Source of the DNA: Vulcanimicrobiales bacterium
Lineage (GTDB): Bacteria > Vulcanimicrobiota > Vulcanimicrobiia > Vulcanimicrobiales > Vulcanimicrobiaceae
NCBI GenBank assembly: GCA_038231455.1
Contig: JBBRLI010000004.1
Span: forward strand, 140,928 to 204,927
Reading direction: 5' to 3'
DNA length: 64,000 bases
The position numbers were made by a program, and so were the translations under genes. A model generated the notes under the pieces. It ran no database searches and had not been told where the DNA came from. It saw only the letters and a program-made list of their open reading frames with translations. Every line of letters starts with the position of its first letter. The first letter of the stretch is position 1. This document shows positions 61,027 to 64,000 of the stretch, in pieces.

Positions 61027-61353
61027 ATGCGGACGTTCGCCAGCCTCCGTCGGCGAGGCGACTTTGCACGTGTGCGAAGTCGGGGTCGGCGCCAGGCGGG
61101 AACGTACTTTGTGGCCTTCCTTGATGGAGGACGCGACCCGCGCAGCTCGCGGATCGGTCTGAGTATCGCAAAGGACGTCGGCGGGGCCGTCGTCCGGAAT
61201 CGGGTCCGGCGACGCGTCAAGGCGATCCTCGACGCAACCGCATTCGGCTCGGCGCCGTTCGTTGATTGCGTGCTCATTGCTCGCCCAGCGGCCGCGACCG
61301 GTTCGTTTGTGGAGATCGCCGGAGAAGTCACCCGGCTCTTGGGTTTGGGGTGA
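61027..61353 (+). CDS. rnpA: RNase P protein component
   Basis: RIGLSIAKDVGGAVVRNRVRRR (RNR motif). Confidence 0.93.
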   Translation: MRTFASLRRRGDFARVRSRGRRQAGTYFVAFLDGGRDPRSSRIGLSIAKDVGGAVVRNRVRRRVKAILDATAFGSAPFVDCVLIARPAAATGSFVEIAGEVTRLLGLG

Positions 61354-61562
61354 TCCGGCTTCTCTTGCTCGGCCTCTTGCGGGCCTACAAGCTCGTCATC
61401 TCGCCGGCGCTCCCAGCATCCTGTCGATTTTATCCCTCATGCTCGGACTACGCCCACGGGGCGATCGTGAAACATGGGGTCATTCGCGGAATAGGTTTAG
61501 CCGTGCGCCGCGTGTTGCGCTGTAATCCATGGAATCCGGGCGGGGTCGACCCGGTCCCGTAA
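61350..61562 (+). CDS. yidD: Membrane protein insertion efficiency factor
   Basis: CRFYPSCSDY...RCNPWNPGGVDPVP. Confidence 0.95.
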   Translation: MIRLLLLGLLRAYKLVISPALPASCRFYPSCSDYAHGAIVKHGVIRGIGLAVRRVLRCNPWNPGGVDPVP

Positions 61563-61577
61563 CCCGAAAGGCCGTTC

Positions 61578-62465
61578 GTGCTCTTCCTCGCGTTTAACCC
61601 GCTCCAACCGATCATCACGGGCCTGACGTGGGTCCTGGATTATATTCACCACTTCATCCCGAGCCTCGGGTGGAGCTTGATCGTGTTCGCGGGTCTGGTG
61701 CGTCTGGCGTTCTGGCCGCTCGCCTCGATGCAGTTCAAATCGATGGCCGAGATGCAGAAAGTGCAGCCGCTGCTCAAGGCCCTGCAAGCCAAGCACAAAG
61801 GCAATCCGCAGATGCTCCAGCAGGAGCAGATGGCGCTCTATAAAGAGCACGGCGTCAATCCGTTTGCGAGCTGCCTCCCGCTGCTCTTGCAGATGCCGAT
61901 TCTCTTCAGCTTGTACTGGGCGATCATCGCGCGCTCGGATCAGTTCAAGTCCGAGCACTTCCTGTGGATTGGCAGCGCCTTTGGCGAGCATCTTCCGAAA
62001 GTCGCCGGAGCCTCGGTCATCGCGGCCAACCTCTTTGCGCCGGACTACATCTTCCTCGCGCTCTACGTCGTTTCGATGTACTTCAGCGTGCGCTTCGGTT
62101 CGCCGCCGTCGACCGATCCGCAGGCCGCGCAGACCCAGAAGATCATGTCGTTTATGTCGCCGGTCTTCATCGCGTGGTTCGGTCACAATTGGTCGAGCGC
62201 GCTCATCGTGTACTGGTTTGCCGCCAACTTGTTCACCATGGCGCAGCAAGTCTATTTCTTCCGGAAATTCGGTCTCTACGGTGGGAAAAACGCGGCCGTG
62301 GTCGCGATCCCGCCCGATAGCGGCTCGATGAAGACCGTGCGTGCGAAAACGCCCGCCTCCAAGAGCAACCTTGCCGAGGGCGACGGAACTTCGCTCCCGG
62401 GCGGCAAAACCGCCTCAAAGAACGCCTCGAACGGTTCGCGTTCGAAGCGCCGTGCCAAACGATAG
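61578..62465 (+). CDS. yidC: Membrane protein insertase YidC (short form)
   Basis: MALYKEHGVNPFASCLPLLLQMP, VYW...QQ. Confidence 0.93.
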   Translation: MLFLAFNPLQPIITGLTWVLDYIHHFIPSLGWSLIVFAGLVRLAFWPLASMQFKSMAEMQKVQPLLKALQAKHKGNPQMLQQEQMALYKEHGVNPFASCLPLLLQMPILFSLYWAIIARSDQFKSEHFLWIGSAFGEHLPKVAGASVIAANLFAPDYIFLALYVVSMYFSVRFGSPPSTDPQAAQTQKIMSFMSPVFIAWFGHNWSSALIVYWFAANLFTMAQQVYFFRKFGLYGGKNAAVVAIPPDSGSMKTVRAKTPASKSNLAEGDGTSLPGGKTASKNASNGSRSKRRAKR

Positions 62466-62472
62466 GATATCC

Positions 62473-63114
62473 GTGAGCGACGAGCAGACCCCAGCCAACG
62501 ACGACCCCGCAGGCGATCCGACCGCCCGCCGCGCCGGCACCCGCCGCCGAGGCGGGCGTGGCCGCACGCGCGCCGCCGGACCCGCGGCCGTTGCCGAGCC
62601 TGGTGAGGCTGCGACCCCCGCGCCGCGCCGCCCGCGCTCGAATGCCCCCACCGTCTCCGACCCGGGTCAAATCGAACCGGCAAAAGAGCTGCTCGTTGAG
62701 ATCCTCACGCGCATGGGCATCACGGGCGTCGACGTCGTGTACATTAGCCGTCCCGAGGGCGAGTATCTCGAAGTCCGCGGTTCGGACCTCGCGAACCTCA
62801 TCGGCCGTCACGGCAACACGCTCGAAGCGCTGAACCTTGTCTTCAACAACATCATCAACGTCGGTGTGCGGAACAACCGGAAGTACTACTCGATCGACGC
62901 CGAGGGCTACCGCGCCCGTCGCGCCGAGCAGCTCAAAATGCTCGCGCTTCAAACGCTCGAACGCGTGGTGCGCGAACGTAAACCCATCGCGCTCCAACCG
63001 ATGCTCCCATCCGAGCGCAAAATCGTCCATCTCGCGCTTGCCGACAGCCCGTTCGTTTCGACTGAGTCGCAAGGCGTCGAACCCGAGCGGCGACTGATCG
63101 TCTCGCCTAAGTAG
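62473..63114 (+). CDS. jag: Jag/KhpB (KH-R3H) RNA-binding protein
   Basis: [21 protein letters not shown]3[12 protein letters not shown]. Confidence 0.9.
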   Translation: MSDEQTPANDDPAGDPTARRAGTRRRGGRGRTRAAGPAAVAEPGEAATPAPRRPRSNAPTVSDPGQIEPAKELLVEILTRMGITGVDVVYISRPEGEYLEVRGSDLANLIGRHGNTLEALNLVFNNIINVGVRNNRKYYSIDAEGYRARRAEQLKMLALQTLERVVRERKPIALQPMLPSERKIVHLALADSPFVSTESQGVEPERRLIVSPK

Positions 63115-63122
63115 CCAGGGCT

Positions 63123-64000
63123 TTGGGGGAGACGATCGCGGCCATCGCGACGCCCCCCGGACGCGGAGCGATCGCGATCGTTCGCGCCAGCGGCCCGGAG
63201 GTGCGTCGGCTCGTAAAACGCGTTTTTGCCGGGCCCGCGCTACTGCCGCGCGTTGCGACGTACGGGACGATGCTCGATCCGAGCGGAGCGGCGATCGACC
63301 GCGGACTTGCGCTCTACTTTGCCGGGCCAGCAAGCTATACGGGCGAGGATATGCTCGAACTGCACGTGCACGGCTCGCCCGTCGTCGCACGGGAAGTCTT
63401 ACGCACACTCGTCGCGCACGGCGCGCGTCTAGCCGGCCCAGGCGAATTTACGCAGCGTGCCTTTCTTGCCGGGAAGCTCGATCTCTCCGAGGCGGAAGCC
63501 GTCGCCGATGTGATTGAGGCCGAGAGCCGCGGGGCGGCGGTCGCGGCCACGGCGCGCCTTGCGGGCGGCGTTCGCGCGGTCGTCGAGTCGATTCGCGGCC
63601 AGCTCACCTTTACGCTCGAGCAGCTGGCGGGCGCGATCGATTTTCCGGATGAGGTGCCCGAACCCGAACGTCGCGCACTTGCGGACGACCTTGCCGCAAT
63701 CGACGCGCGCCTCGGAGACCTCGTCGCGAGTTGGGAAACGGGGCGGCTGGTACGTGAGGGTCTTGGCGTTGCGATCGTGGGGCCGCCGAACGCCGGGAAA
63801 TCCTCGCTGCTCAATGCCCTGCTCGGCGCAGAGCGCGCCCTCGTCTCGGAGATCGCCGGGACGACCCGCGACACGATCGAGGAGACGATCGGGATCGACG
63901 GCGTGCTCGTGCGCCTCACCGACACCGCGGGCTTGCGCCGCACCGGCGACCCGATCGAGCGCGCGGGGATCGAACGCACCCACGCCAGCCTTGCGGGAAA
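63123..64000 (+). CDS. mnmE: tRNA modification GTPase MnmE, truncated by the window end
   Basis: Manual translation [51 protein letters not shown]. Confidence 0.95.
   Translation, partial: MGETIAAIATPPGRGAIAIVRASGPEVRRLVKRVFAGPALLPRVATYGTMLDPSGAAIDRGLALYFAGPASYTGEDMLELHVHGSPVVAREVLRTLVAHGARLAGPGEFTQRAFLAGKLDLSEAEAVADVIEAESRGAAVAATARLAGGVRAVVESIRGQLTFTLEQLAGAIDFPDEVPEPERRALADDLAAIDARLGDLVASWETGRLVREGLGVAIVGPPNAGKSSLLNALLGAERALVSEIAGTTRDTIEETIGIDGVLVRLTDTAGLRRTGDPIERAGIERTHASLAG

Overview
High-GC bacterial chromosome segment spanning the replication origin. The gene content (SLH-porin OmpM, BamA/TamB/Lpx cluster with DUF3084 and YqgF-like genes, DciA, B. subtilis-type bipartite oriC) points to a diderm Terrabacteria lineage, possibly Eremiobacterota/Vulcanimicrobiota; this is inference. 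Left to right: HAD phosphatase fragment, RNase E/G, an inserted HTH + nucleotidyltransferase pair, rodA-minE-minD-minD-minC, a 6S-like RNA candidate, an M48 protease, a MoxR/DUF58/SpoIIM/RDD cluster, recR-ybaB-dnaX, recQ, a ~26 kb outer-membrane biogenesis cluster, gyrB-dciA-recF-dnaN-oriC-dnaA, and rpmH-rnpA-yidD-yidC-jag-mnmE. Highlights: (1) two diverged copies of an unannotated, covarying, long-armed hairpin element, one upstream of dnaX/recQ and one inside oriC, with an extreme local G/T synonymous-codon skew beside the dnaX copy; (2) a cytoplasmic GNRE-motif metallophosphoesterase coupled to lpxB, a candidate for the missing LpxH/I/G step; (3) RecQ ending in a PcrA/UvrD-like Tudor domain; (4) tandem minD paralogs with an extended MinE; (5) recR lacking a canonical start, in frame behind the ybaB stop. 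All family assignments come from motif recognition by eye, not database searches.
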